From contig CBDAOB010000005.1 in NCBI GenBank assembly GCA_965197905.1, positions 1,696,001-1,760,000 of the forward strand: a DNA stretch of 64,000 bases. Direction: 5' to 3'. This document shows, piece by piece, positions 30,172 to 39,536 of this stretch. The notes below the pieces were generated by a model that saw nothing but the letters and a program-made list of their open reading frames with translations, searched no databases and was not told the DNA's origin. The stretch is from Candidatus Latescibacterota bacterium. GTDB lineage: Bacteria; Latescibacterota; UBA2968; UBA8231. Numbering within the stretch: position 1 is the first letter of the stretch; each line of letters starts with the position of its first letter. The translations under genes were made by a program, and so were the position numbers.

Positions 30172-30920
30172 AGAGTTCTTCTCCTTCGCGTAGACGAAAG
30201 CCCAAGCCTCGTCACACTGGATCCGCTTCGCCTGGACGTTGCGGACGGTGGCGTCATGGTAGGCCGCGCAGGCGGCCCCTGCGTCCTCCAGGTAAGGAGG
30301 CCGCCATGAACAAGCTCACCAGAGACAAACGCCTGATGATCCTCTCGATATTGGTCGAGGGAACCGTCAAGAAGCTTCGGTCAGCCGGGACGGCCTTCGA
30401 GTTCATTCACGACCTGAAGGACCGACTCGCCAGTCGCGTCCAGCTAACCACGGACGGCCACCGGGCCTACCTGGAGGCCGTCGAGAGCGCCTTCGGCGGG
30501 GACATCGACTACGCTATGCTGGTGAAGATCTACGGCGAGGCGACGGAGGAAGACCGGCGGCGCTACAGCCCCGGCAAGTGCCTCGCCACTGACAAGCGCC
30601 GCATGCTCAGGTTCTGCCGCTCGATGTAGGACGTGCTCATGTGGGCCGGGTCTGGGTCGCCCTCCATGTGGTAGTGGTTCTCCAGTTTCTTGCTGAAGGC
30701 GTTGGTCAGCCGCGTGAACCGCCTCATCCCCATCCTCTACTTCGTCCACTACAACTTCGTGAAGGTCCACGGCAGCCTGCGGGTCACCCCGGCGATGGCG
30801 GCCGGCCTGACGGAGACCCTACACGATATGGACTGGCTGGTGGACCTGGTGGACGCGGCCGCCCCGGAGCCGAACCGGCCGAAGACCTACCGGAAGCGGG
30901 CGACGGCTCAGGCTATCTGA
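30172..30920 (+). pseudogene. IS1-family transposase, scrambled by deletions and inversions
   Basis: Motifs QCDEAWAFV(-), VQLTTDG(+), STSYIERQNL(-), RRFTRLTNAFSKK(-), HYNF..TPAMAAGL(+). Confidence 0.85.
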
Positions 30921-31045
30921 GAATCCACTTCCTCTACCACGCCCCGGAACTGCCACTCCAACGCATCACGGACCCGGCTGTCGATGGTTTCCGGGATGCG
31001 GTCGAATCTGGCCTCCAGGGCTTCGATGCGAGCCAAGAGAGACAT
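30908..31045 (-). CDS. Small 45-aa coiled-coil-like ORF
   Basis: MSLLARIEALEARFDRIPETIDSRVRDALEWQFRGVVEEVDSQIA*. Confidence 0.35.
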   Translation of the reverse strand: MSLLARIEALEARFDRIPETIDSRVRDALEWQFRGVVEEVDSQIA

Positions 31046-31144
31046 TGGACATGCCTACAGCAAATTGGTTACTATGACAGGTGCCCATGCCTACTTCGTA
31101 CCTACGTAATGAATCGGAAAGGGAGGCTGATATGGCGAATGTAT

Positions 31145-31642
31145 TTAATTCCCATAATCAAGGAGTTCGAGAGCGCGGCCGATCGTAAGCAGATGCATGG
31201 GACTAAACTGCAATCCCAGGCGAGTCGTGACCTGATGCGTGTACTCTCGCCAATAGGGCCAGACGTTGAACAAACCATTGATTCTGGCAAATGCCTCGAT
31301 CGCCTGCTCTGACAGATCGGCGTCTCCAGAAATGCCGTACTCAATGTGGAAATTCCCGACGATGTGCAGGTAATCGTCGCCCTCTTCTTTGTTCAACGGA
31401 AATCTGATCTCAAGATGCAGATCAACCACGAGCTTCGACTCTGTGATCGAGTGTCCGAATTCCGGTCTCAGTTCTCTTTCCTCTTTCACATCGTCAGCGG
31501 ATCGCTGCTCGACTCCAAACACGCCCCCCGTCATTCTGATGTCTTCGAGGGATGCGTGTGGAGCGACGCTGGCGACGAGATTCAGCGGTTTCTCCACGCC
31601 AGTGCTCGAGCTACTCTCCGTCGTATCTGTACTCATCGTCAT
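31145..31642 (-). CDS. SecB-like chaperone
   Basis: LHIVGNFHIEY..EAFARINGLFNVWPYWREYTHQVTTRLGL; ATGA overlap with the antitoxin. Confidence 0.8.
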   Translation of the reverse strand: MTMSTDTTESSSSTGVEKPLNLVASVAPHASLEDIRMTGGVFGVEQRSADDVKEERELRPEFGHSITESKLVVDLHLEIRFPLNKEEGDDYLHIVGNFHIEYGISGDADLSEQAIEAFARINGLFNVWPYWREYTHQVTTRLGLQFSPMHLLTIGRALELLDYGN

Positions 31643-32028
31643 GCGGCGACCTGGTAGTCAGCCACCGGCTGCTCGCACGGCTCCGTCAAAAAATTGTAAC
31701 AGACGTGCATGGAACGCCCCGGCCTCGTCGCGGCTTCAGGAGAGGGTACCACGACACTTCGGAGAGGCCTGTAGCCGATATCCACAGAGTAGCCAAGATC
31801 GAAGAGGGCGTCGGACAGTTTCCGCAACGTGAAGTTGTTCGCTCCGCGAAGGACCTTCGTGATGTAGGCAGGGCTCACACCCATGCGCTTGGCCAGCTCG
31901 GACTTGCTGATGCCCTGCTGCTCCATCAGAAGGCACATTCCTTCAGTCGCCTCCATGAGTACACGCTCCTGCTCAAGCATCTTGCGCCCCTTCTCCGTGT
32001 CCCGCAGTCTCTTTCTCCACTTCTGCAT
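31639..32028 (-). CDS. HigA-like XRE HTH antitoxin with C-terminal extension
   Basis: GISKSELAKRMGVSPAYITKVLRGANNFTLRKL; ~40-aa tail ending YQVAA. Confidence 0.85.
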   Translation of the reverse strand: MQKWRKRLRDTEKGRKMLEQERVLMEATEGMCLLMEQQGISKSELAKRMGVSPAYITKVLRGANNFTLRKLSDALFDLGYSVDIGYRPLRSVVVPSPEAATRPGRSMHVCYNFLTEPCEQPVADYQVAA

Positions 32029-32031
32029 CTC

Positions 32032-32402
32032 TTACCCCCGTAAAAGGTGTTCCTTCATGATGGCTTTTGCCCGATCAAGCTCTGTTCTCGGCCACTTGTC
32101 CAGTTTCTTCTTGAAACCGTGGGTCAGATACCAGACGCGCCCCTGTTGGAATGCGCCAATACGCACTTGGTAACGCTTGAACTCCCAGATTCCTCCTTCG
32201 ACTTTTTGAAACTTCTCTCGGTTGTGGATTTTCCGATCCGAGCCATGGCAACAAAAGAACGATCGAGCGCGGCCAGATCCCTGTCATCGACCTCCGTCTC
32301 CAGAAAATCCCTGGCTGGGCTCTTGCCATTCGGCCTGATAGCGTAGGCGATGATTCGCTTCTGGCCGCGCTCGACAATTGTATCATCGGTCGGCTCACTC
32401 AT
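32032..32402 (-). pseudogene. RelE/HigB (Gp49-like) toxin with single frameshift
   Basis: NGKSPARDFL in one frame; KVEGGIWEFK..VRI..LTHGFKKK..ELDRA in another; shift in the A4 run at 32229-32232. Confidence 0.85.
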
Positions 32403-32407
32403 GCACT

Positions 32408-32446
32408 TTAACCTATAGGTTAATGGACGAACAGGCAAAATGTCAA
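32408..32446 (-). promoter_or_regulatory. TAC promoter with palindromic operator
   Basis: TTGACA-N18-TAACCT; perfect 16-bp palindrome TTAACCTATAGGTTAA covering the -10. Confidence 0.7.
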
Positions 32447-32621
32447 TGGGGTTCTGTGTACGTGCCAGCTCTTTTTACACGGACCCCCTGATTCTCTCTA
32501 CCTTACTTTTCCCTTGAACTTCTCGCAGAGATAGGTCTCCAGCTGGCGTCTAGGGCCGAAGGGATGCAGGGAAAATCTCACCCGGCCCGTATTTCATACT
32601 GACGCACCACCACATCGTTTA

Positions 32622-33271
32622 GGGCCATCTCTGCGGTGCAACTGCAACGGCAACTCGGTCTCAGGCGCTACGAAACAGCGTGGGGACTCCTGCAGAAGTT
32701 GCGACGAGCCATGGTTCGACCTGAGCGGGACCGCATCTCCGGCGAGGTGGAGGTCGATGAGACCTATGTGGGTGGGGTCGAAGTCGGGCGCCGAGGTGGG
32801 CGGGTGCGCGACAGTACCAAGACGATCGTGGTCGGTGCCGTCGAGATCCGCGGCCAGGGATCCGGTCGAGTCCGGCTCAGTGTCATCGAGGATCTGTCCG
32901 CCGCCTCGCTGGTCGGATTCCTCGAACAATCCGTGGCTCCCTGCAGTGTCGTGCATACCGACGGCTGGGGCGGCTACCGCCCCCTCGCCAACAAGGGCTA
33001 TGACCACCGGCGCGAGACGCAAGGACATGCGAAGAACGCTGTCAAGCTCTTCCCCCGCGTGCACAGGGTGTTCTCGAACCTCAAAACGTGGTTGGCGGGA
33101 ACGCACCACGGGGTGGGCGAGCAGCACCTGCAACATTATCTCAACGAGTATGTGTTTCGTTTCAACCGGCGACGCGCTCCGATGGCAGCCTTTCAGTCGC
33201 TCCTCGGACTCGCCAGCCAGCACCAACCGACCACCTGCCACATGTTGTATGATGGTGAGTCAACCGGATAA
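32622..33271 (+). pseudogene. IS1595-family transposase, 5'-truncated
   Basis: ISAVQLQRQLGL..YETAW, VEVDETYVGG, HTDGW, NLKTWL.GTHHGV..YLNEYVFRFNRR. Confidence 0.9.
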
Positions 33272-33354
33272 GCAGAAAGGCTGTTAAACAACGCGGGATG
33301 TAAAACGGAGAATCGGAGAATCCGTAAACGAAAACTTGGGGTGGGCGCGCGCAA

Positions 33355-34292
33355 CCTTCGAGGTTTTCGATGATCTCTTCGGCGAGGTCGTCGGGCTCGG
33401 GCAGGTTGTCCATGTCCGTCAGGCTCTTGTCCTTGAGCCAGAAGACGTCGAGGCTCGTCTTGACACGCGCTATGAGCTCCTCATAGCTGTAGCTGCGCCA
33501 ACGGCCTTCCGGTGTGTCCTTCTCGTCCCAGGTTGCCTTGCGCTTGTGCCGGTTCTGCGGGTTGTAGCAGCTGACGAAATCCGACAGGTCATCGAAGCGC
33601 ATCGGTTTCTTCTTCAGCGTGTGGTGAATATTGGTGCGGTAGTCGTAGTACCAGACCTGCTTTGTCCAGGGATTCGGACTGGCTTCGTGGTTATCGAAGA
33701 AGATCACATTGGCCTTGACCCCTTGCGCGTAGAACACGCCAGTCGGAAGGCGCAGGATAGTATGCAGGTCAGTGTTGTCCAGCAGCTTCTTGCGGATCGT
33801 CTCACCGGCCCCGCCTTCAAACAGCACGTTGTCCGGTACGACGACGGCAGCGCGGCCAGTGGTCTTGAGCATCGTGCGAATGTGCTGCACGAAATTGAGC
33901 TGTTTGTTTGACGTCGTCGCCCAGAAATCCTGCCGGTTGTAGGTCAGGTCGTCCTTGTCCTGTTCGCCCTCCTCGTTCGTGAAGCTAATGGAACTCTTCC
34001 TGCCGAAAGGCGGGTTCGCGAGCACATGGTCAAAGCGCTTGTCGGCATCGGCCACAAGCGAGTCATTCGGCGATATGGGTGCACCGCCCTCGATCTCAAC
34101 AGGAACATGTTCATCAGGCACAGACGGCGCGTGTTGGCGACGATCTCGTTGCCATGAAACGCCTCGTGCTTCAGGAGGCCTTCTGCCTCTTGTCGAGCTT
34201 GAAGTTTTTCGGGTCGGTGATGAAGTCGTAAGCAGCCAGAAAGAAGCCGCCCGTCCCGCAGGCCGGGTCGGCGATGACTTTGCCGGGTTCGC
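33355..34292 (-). pseudogene. hsdM: Type I R-M methyltransferase HsdM remnant
   Basis: DPACGTGGF, NPPF, NKQLNFVQHI, GRAAVVVPDNVLF, LRLPTG; small frameshifting deletions, both ends truncated. Confidence 0.88.
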
Positions 34293-34310
34293 GATAAATT
34301 TGAATGCGTC

Positions 34311-34581
34311 TCAATATCGATGTTTGGCCCACAATTCCATAGTTGTGGAAGGAATCTGAGAAACGAACGTGTCTTTTATGTAGTAGTCACCCCTCATCCC
34401 GTCGAGCGGGTAGTTGTTTCTGTTTCCATGAGCTTTATGGAGAAAAGCATCAAAAACGCAAGGACTTTCCTGACCCGTTTGGTCCGACCAGGACAATGAG
34501 TCGAGCATTCTCAGGGATGTCCTTGATCAGCAGTTTGGTGAATCGTCGGAAATTGACGAGCTGAACGCTCTTAATCTTCAT
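34311..34581 (-). pseudogene. ABC/SMC-type ATPase N-terminal fragment
   Basis: MKIKSVQLVNFRRF..IVLVGPNGSGKS Walker A, then frameshift and truncation. Confidence 0.75.
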
Positions 34582-34593
34582 CTCTTAAATTTC

Positions 34594-36861
34594 CTAACTC
34601 TCCTCAAATCCGTGCGACTTGAAGCGCAGGGTCTGGCAGTTCTCGTTGATCACGCGCTGCACGTCGTCAGACACACCCTCGGGCACCTCGGCCTCAATCT
34701 CTACCGTTACCTTGACCTTGCCTCCACGTAGCGTCGTCAGGTATTGTAAGACCTCTTCCGCCACTTGGCCCATGTCACGACCAGCTCGGTCGGGATCGAC
34801 CTCGACGGTGCCAAAAAAGCGGCGTGGCGGACGTGTCTCCGCTGGCTCTTCCCCCGGCCCGGGGATACCGGGTTCTGGACGTGCCCCGGGTCCTGCGCAA
34901 GGTTCCTCACCGGACGCCCCAGGGTCCGGCCGTTCGGCCTCAATTTGCGCCCGGGCCATATCCGGTTTGACGAGCACGCTCGCCGCATCGACGTAGATGG
35001 CGGCTGCCGGGGTGCCGAGCTTCAATCCTTCGTAACGGCCCTCGGTAGACACGCTCGTCGCGTGGCCGAAATAGTCGCCACTGGCTATGCCTTCCTGGAT
35101 CGCTTCGACGAACACCGCCTGATCGCGTAGCCTCGGGAGATAGCAATAGGCGCACAGCGCATCCCATACCTTCTTCACTGACACGTGGTCCTGGTCCTTC
35201 CAGAACCATCGATCCAGTTCCATTTTGAGCAGCGCCGGGGACCACTTGACGATTAGGTGTTCACTTGCGCGCATGCGTTGCGAAGCCCTGGATACAATGG
35301 ATGCGCCATTTCCGGTCGCTTGCGCCACATCCCACTCGAGCGAGCCGACGTTACCGTTTGCGATATGCTGGGTCGGCACGAGCAGCCACCGATAGGCCTC
35401 GTTGAACCGGAGATGAACAGTCTTGTCGCTATCCTTTTCGCCTTCCTCCGCTTCGCGTCGTTGGTGGGTGTCGAGGTTCAACGCATCTCTATCGCGGACC
35501 ACGGACTGCCAGGCGAGAAAGCGCCGTGCCTCCTGCTTCAGGCCCTCCATCACCTCGCGATCAGGCGCGAGAAATCCGAGCGTGTTGCGATTCTGCCGTG
35601 GACCTGCGTTACGGTTGGTGAGAGTCTCAGTTACGGCCGACATCGCCGCGCTCTCCGGATCGTTACCCTTGTGCGTTTCCGAAGGCCGAAGGACTACTAA
35701 CCGAGCCTCCTGCTCATCGGGCACATCGCCCGACGATGCCGGACAAGCGTGCACACCTTTGAAGTCACCGCGCTCACGGCGCGTCGCATCACGGACCCGC
35801 CGCTCAATCTCGCTTTCAACCTGATCATTCGAGAACTGCTGAGCGCGTTCCTCGACCGTCCGCCGCAGGTTCGGTCGCGTGTCATACCAGTAGCGGCGAT
35901 CGTTGCGATAGAGGTAAGTCAGCCGATCTGAGAGCTGCGACAAGGCATCGTTAAAGACCGAGACCTGCTCGCCGGGTTGCACGACAGCGAGGCGTATACG
36001 CACATCCTCAACGCCGCGCACCTGTTGTTGGACGACGTGCGGCGCGCTGCCGAGGAAGATCGTCCGGGCCACCCGACGCCCTGCCGTGTCTTGGCCGAAA
36101 CGCGGGTTTTCTGAGTCGACGCGCATCGGGCCCGAATTGCGACCGTCAACGTCACTCTCCAGAACGGACGTCCAGCCTTCGGGCAGGTAGCGGGTCAACT
36201 CCTCCCGCACGGCCACTGCGCCGAGGCCAAGCGAGCCTGGCATGATTACCAAGCTCGCGTCGTTGCGCACCCAGAGATCGTGGATCACGGCCGCCATCAG
36301 CCGCAGAACACCTCGAGTTCGTTGGAACCGCTCCAGCGTTGCCCAGTCGTTGTAAAGCCGATCGAAGACCTCGGGATGGATCGGATAGCAGGCCTTCATC
36401 CGTTCGAGGTAACGGGTCTCCCGACATTCTATTGGAAATTCGCTGCCGGCATCGCGATAGAGTGCGCTGAATGCGCGGCACACGTCGTCGCGCGCGGCTT
36501 CGTCCTCGAGCGGCAGAAACAGCCGGCGGCGCACGATTTCGAAGCCCTCTTCAGAGCCAACAGGCTTCCAGATCGCCTCCATCCGACCGAAGGTGTGCTC
36601 GATACGGGCCAGCGTGTCCTGCCCCGCCTGACCGCCGATTTCAATGTCCGACGACGGAATCGTCGCGACCAGCGCCGTGTTCTTGCTGGCGCGCACCGCC
36701 TCGGTCAGTTCCTGGATAAAGGTCTGTACCGCATCAAAGCTGCCCGCCGGAAGCCCTTCGACGCCGTAGATCTTGCGAGCATAGGCGACGAGCTCGTCGA
36801 TCAGAATCAGGCAGGGGCCGCAGGCGTCGAACAGCTCGTCTATCGGGTGGATTGGCGTCAT
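34594..36861 (-). pseudogene. DUF499 AAA+ ATPase, 5'-truncated
   Basis: PCLILIDELVAY, EIVRRRLF, YPIHPE, FQRTRGVLRLMA; Walker A region absent. Confidence 0.85.
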
Positions 36862-37000
36862 CAGCCTGTTTGAAGGCGTAGTAGACCGTTAGGGGAAACC
36901 TTTCGTCCAAAGATTCTCTAAGTCTCGTAAACGCACTTTGAAATCCGCTTTCAAAGCTATTTCTTGCGAGGACTCTATCGCCATCAAATCGTTCCGAGGT
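36862..37000 (-). pseudogene. DUF1156-type methyltransferase fragment
   Basis: RFDGD..FESGF..PLTVYYAFKQ motif abutting the DUF499 remnant. Confidence 0.6.
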
Positions 37001-37180
37001 TCCCTTCCAACAGTTCCACACCCCGTTGGCTTCCCGAGGAGGAAAGAGCCTATCGTATTTCTCACCGGGTCGGTAGAACCTCCCCGGGTCCACCGCCAGA
37101 GGCGGGGGGCTTAGACCAATACTAAGGGGGGTATAAAAAGGATTCGGCCAATTTGGCCGTTTTGACTCAGAGCAGTTTCC

Positions 37181-37203
37181 GTGCTGACATAATACTGACA
37201 CAG
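37181..37203 (+). repeat. Putative integrase arm-type sites (right)
   Basis: GTGCTGACATAATACTGACACAG, direct repeat of 24669-24691. Confidence 0.75.
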
Positions 37204-37250
37204 CCTCACCCGCCGACCTGCGAGTGAGTCCGTAAGTTGTTGTTTTTTAT

Positions 37251-37326
<76 letters not shown>

Positions 37327-37844
37327 ACCCCATCTCTGGAATAAATTTTTCCCTGTTTCTTCTGTAGCACTGGAAGTAGGGTATTTCCATGTGCTTCAAT
37401 GTGCTCCAAGTCGGGGGGCGGCTTGGGCACACGCCCGTCGTCAGCACCGCGGGACGAGAACAAAGAATAAGTGACAGGCCGAAAGACGCGCAAGAGAACT
37501 CGTTGACCTGATCTATCGGGAGGATTGGAGTCCCTCAATGAACTCGATTGGAAACCCAAGCCCATCGCCGGAACAGTCGCAGTTTCATCCGACACGAGCA
37601 TTTGCCGAAATACTGCACCTGGAGCGAGCGAACAAGAAAGGGAGCGCCTGCGAATTCTTTGCGAGCAGTTCGGATCGTTGCCGAGGCGTGACAGCTTCGG
37701 CAATCAAGTCGTGGTTGGCTAAGCGCGAAGCCGAAGGACTCAGCATCGCCAGCAGAACCGCTATTTGGCGGTATTTAGAGCGACTCGCCTCCTCGTGCGC
37801 CGCACACCTCCCAATGATCTTACCGCTTCCCCTATGGCGTTCGA

Positions 37845-38693
37845 TCAAGCTGTATTGCGCTGGTGGTCCAGCTCAAGCGGCATGCCTGCGGTAATGTCGT
37901 GCGATCCGGCCGTGACCGGCCAAGCCGCGCCGCCCTCAAAAACCCAGTCTTCCCGGCCACACAGCCACAGGAACAAACGCGCAACGCGGACGGAGTCGTG
38001 CCATTTCTCGGGCATTTGGCGGCCTGTGCTGAAGTCGATCTTGGTGAAATCGCACTGGGGATCGGCAACCCAGTCGCGCCTGGGCGCGACCGTGCGGCGG
38101 TAGTTGTATTTGAGCAGGTTGCGGATGCCGGCGGCCGTGGAGCGGGTAGCGCGATGCCACATCGAGTAGTGAGTGATAAAGATCGAGCCGGCCGGCGCCA
38201 CCGTCTGTACAGCCTGGCGAATGCTGCCGTATTGGGTCATGTAGCGACGCTTGATACGCAGAAAGTGAGAGCTGGGCACGATCTCTGTAGGTCCCAGCTC
38301 CGCGGGCGTATCCTGCGGGTAGTAGAACACCTGCAGGCTGTCGAGCCGCGTTGAATCGACCGCCCCACCGTCGCGGTGCCAGCCACCGCCTTCAGCAGCG
38401 TGCGGGCACTGGACTCGGTGGTTGGACATCATCATGGGCAGTTTGACGTCTTTGCCCAGGAGCGAGCGCACCGCCCCCGCCGCCTGGGGGTTCTTGACGA
38501 CGTTGTCGACGAACCACTCCTCACCCAGGATCGCATTCGGCTCCATCTGGGGCTGCCTGTCGACGAATTCCGTGGTTTGGCGGTTGACATCATCGGGGAC
38601 TACGGCTTCGAGCATCATGAAGCCATGCTTGCAGAATTCAATCACCTGCTGGTCGGTCAGGGTCGGTTCGCAATCGTATATCTCTCCTCGCAT
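37845..38693 (-). CDS. PhyH-family dioxygenase
   Basis: WHRDG, FYYPQD..GPTEIVPSSH, AGSIFITHYSMWHRA; AAAGGA RBS. Confidence 0.88.
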   Translation of the reverse strand: MRGEIYDCEPTLTDQQVIEFCKHGFMMLEAVVPDDVNRQTTEFVDRQPQMEPNAILGEEWFVDNVVKNPQAAGAVRSLLGKDVKLPMMMSNHRVQCPHAAEGGGWHRDGGAVDSTRLDSLQVFYYPQDTPAELGPTEIVPSSHFLRIKRRYMTQYGSIRQAVQTVAPAGSIFITHYSMWHRATRSTAAGIRNLLKYNYRRTVAPRRDWVADPQCDFTKIDFSTGRQMPEKWHDSVRVARLFLWLCGREDWVFEGGAAWPVTAGSHDITAGMPLELDHQRNTA

Positions 38694-38713
38694 AATCTGT
38701 CCTTTCCGTGAAT

Positions 38714-39076
38714 CTATTTCTCGAGGATAAATTCGCAGCCGAGCCCGTAAGCCTCTTCTTCTCCGGCCACCATCAGCGCCATCTCTGGAAATTTGACGAT
38801 GCGCCAGCCGTCGCGCAGGGCGTCGAGCACAGTCTCATAGACCCACGCTCCGGTTTCGTCGACGCCGTCGTGCTGGCCGTCGGCATCAAATCGCGACATG
38901 CCACAGACCCGCGAGGTGATAGTGGTGGTGCCAGCCTGGAGATAGAGTAGCTGGGGCGTTGAAGCTGCGAGTTGGGCGTCCGCACTCTCGAGAGCTTGCT
39001 GCAGGTCGCCCTCGCTCAGCTCTCCGGCGCGGAACTTATCGAGACACTTCTCCAATTGTCGCTTTACTGATTCCAT
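38714..39076 (-). CDS. Hypothetical protein co-transcribed with PhyH
   Basis: 120 aa, YETVLDALRDGWRIVKFP..EFILEK. Confidence 0.75.
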   Translation of the reverse strand: MESVKRQLEKCLDKFRAGELSEGDLQQALESADAQLAASTPQLLYLQAGTTTITSRVCGMSRFDADGQHDGVDETGAWVYETVLDALRDGWRIVKFPEMALMVAGEEEAYGLGCEFILEK

Positions 39077-39324
39077 GATATAATCTAATCTTTTCCAGAG
39101 GTTAAGGTTATACGCGCGCGAAGTTCGAGGCCGCTTTCACCGTCAGGTGGACGTAGGCTGATAAACGCTATTATCGTTCGTTGCGGCAAGCGTCTCTACG
39201 TTTGTTCCTCGGAGTTTTCGGGGTAGGTTTGATGGGCATGTAGGAGACCGCCCTGGGACCGGCCGAGAAAGCGATGGCGAACTGCTACGATAACGCGTTT
39301 TTTCCTTTCTATTAGCGCCCGAAT

Positions 39325-39333
39325 TGTTATAAT
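39325..39333 (+). promoter_or_regulatory. Extended -10 promoter
   Basis: TGtTATAAT ~200 nt upstream of the 39537 gene. Confidence 0.6.
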
Positions 39334-39536
39334 ATAGTTGTGTATCTGGCCGATTGAGGGTCTCACCTTGCGGCCATGTTGTTCTTTGAAACTCGTAAGT
39401 GGATTTTAAAACAACGACTTAACTTTAAATTGTTCAGAGAGGAGGTGAGTTCCGAGCCCAAGCGAAAGGGTATGGATCGAAGTTAATTAGTAGTTCTAAT
39501 TTTAATCCGGCGATCCGGATAAAAGGAGGAAGAAGG

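Larger units (their letters stand above)
30132..32611 (+). mobile_element. IS1-family element with passenger TAC module
   Basis: Terminal IRs GGTAGTGCGTCA / GGTGGTGCGTCA (11/12); flanks CCATCGTT and ACATCGTT (7/8 TSD). Confidence 0.8.

Noticed and set aside
37040..37170. GC hairpins near the right island end as ncRNA or cos site
   Set aside because: No recognisable family or second copy to support a call
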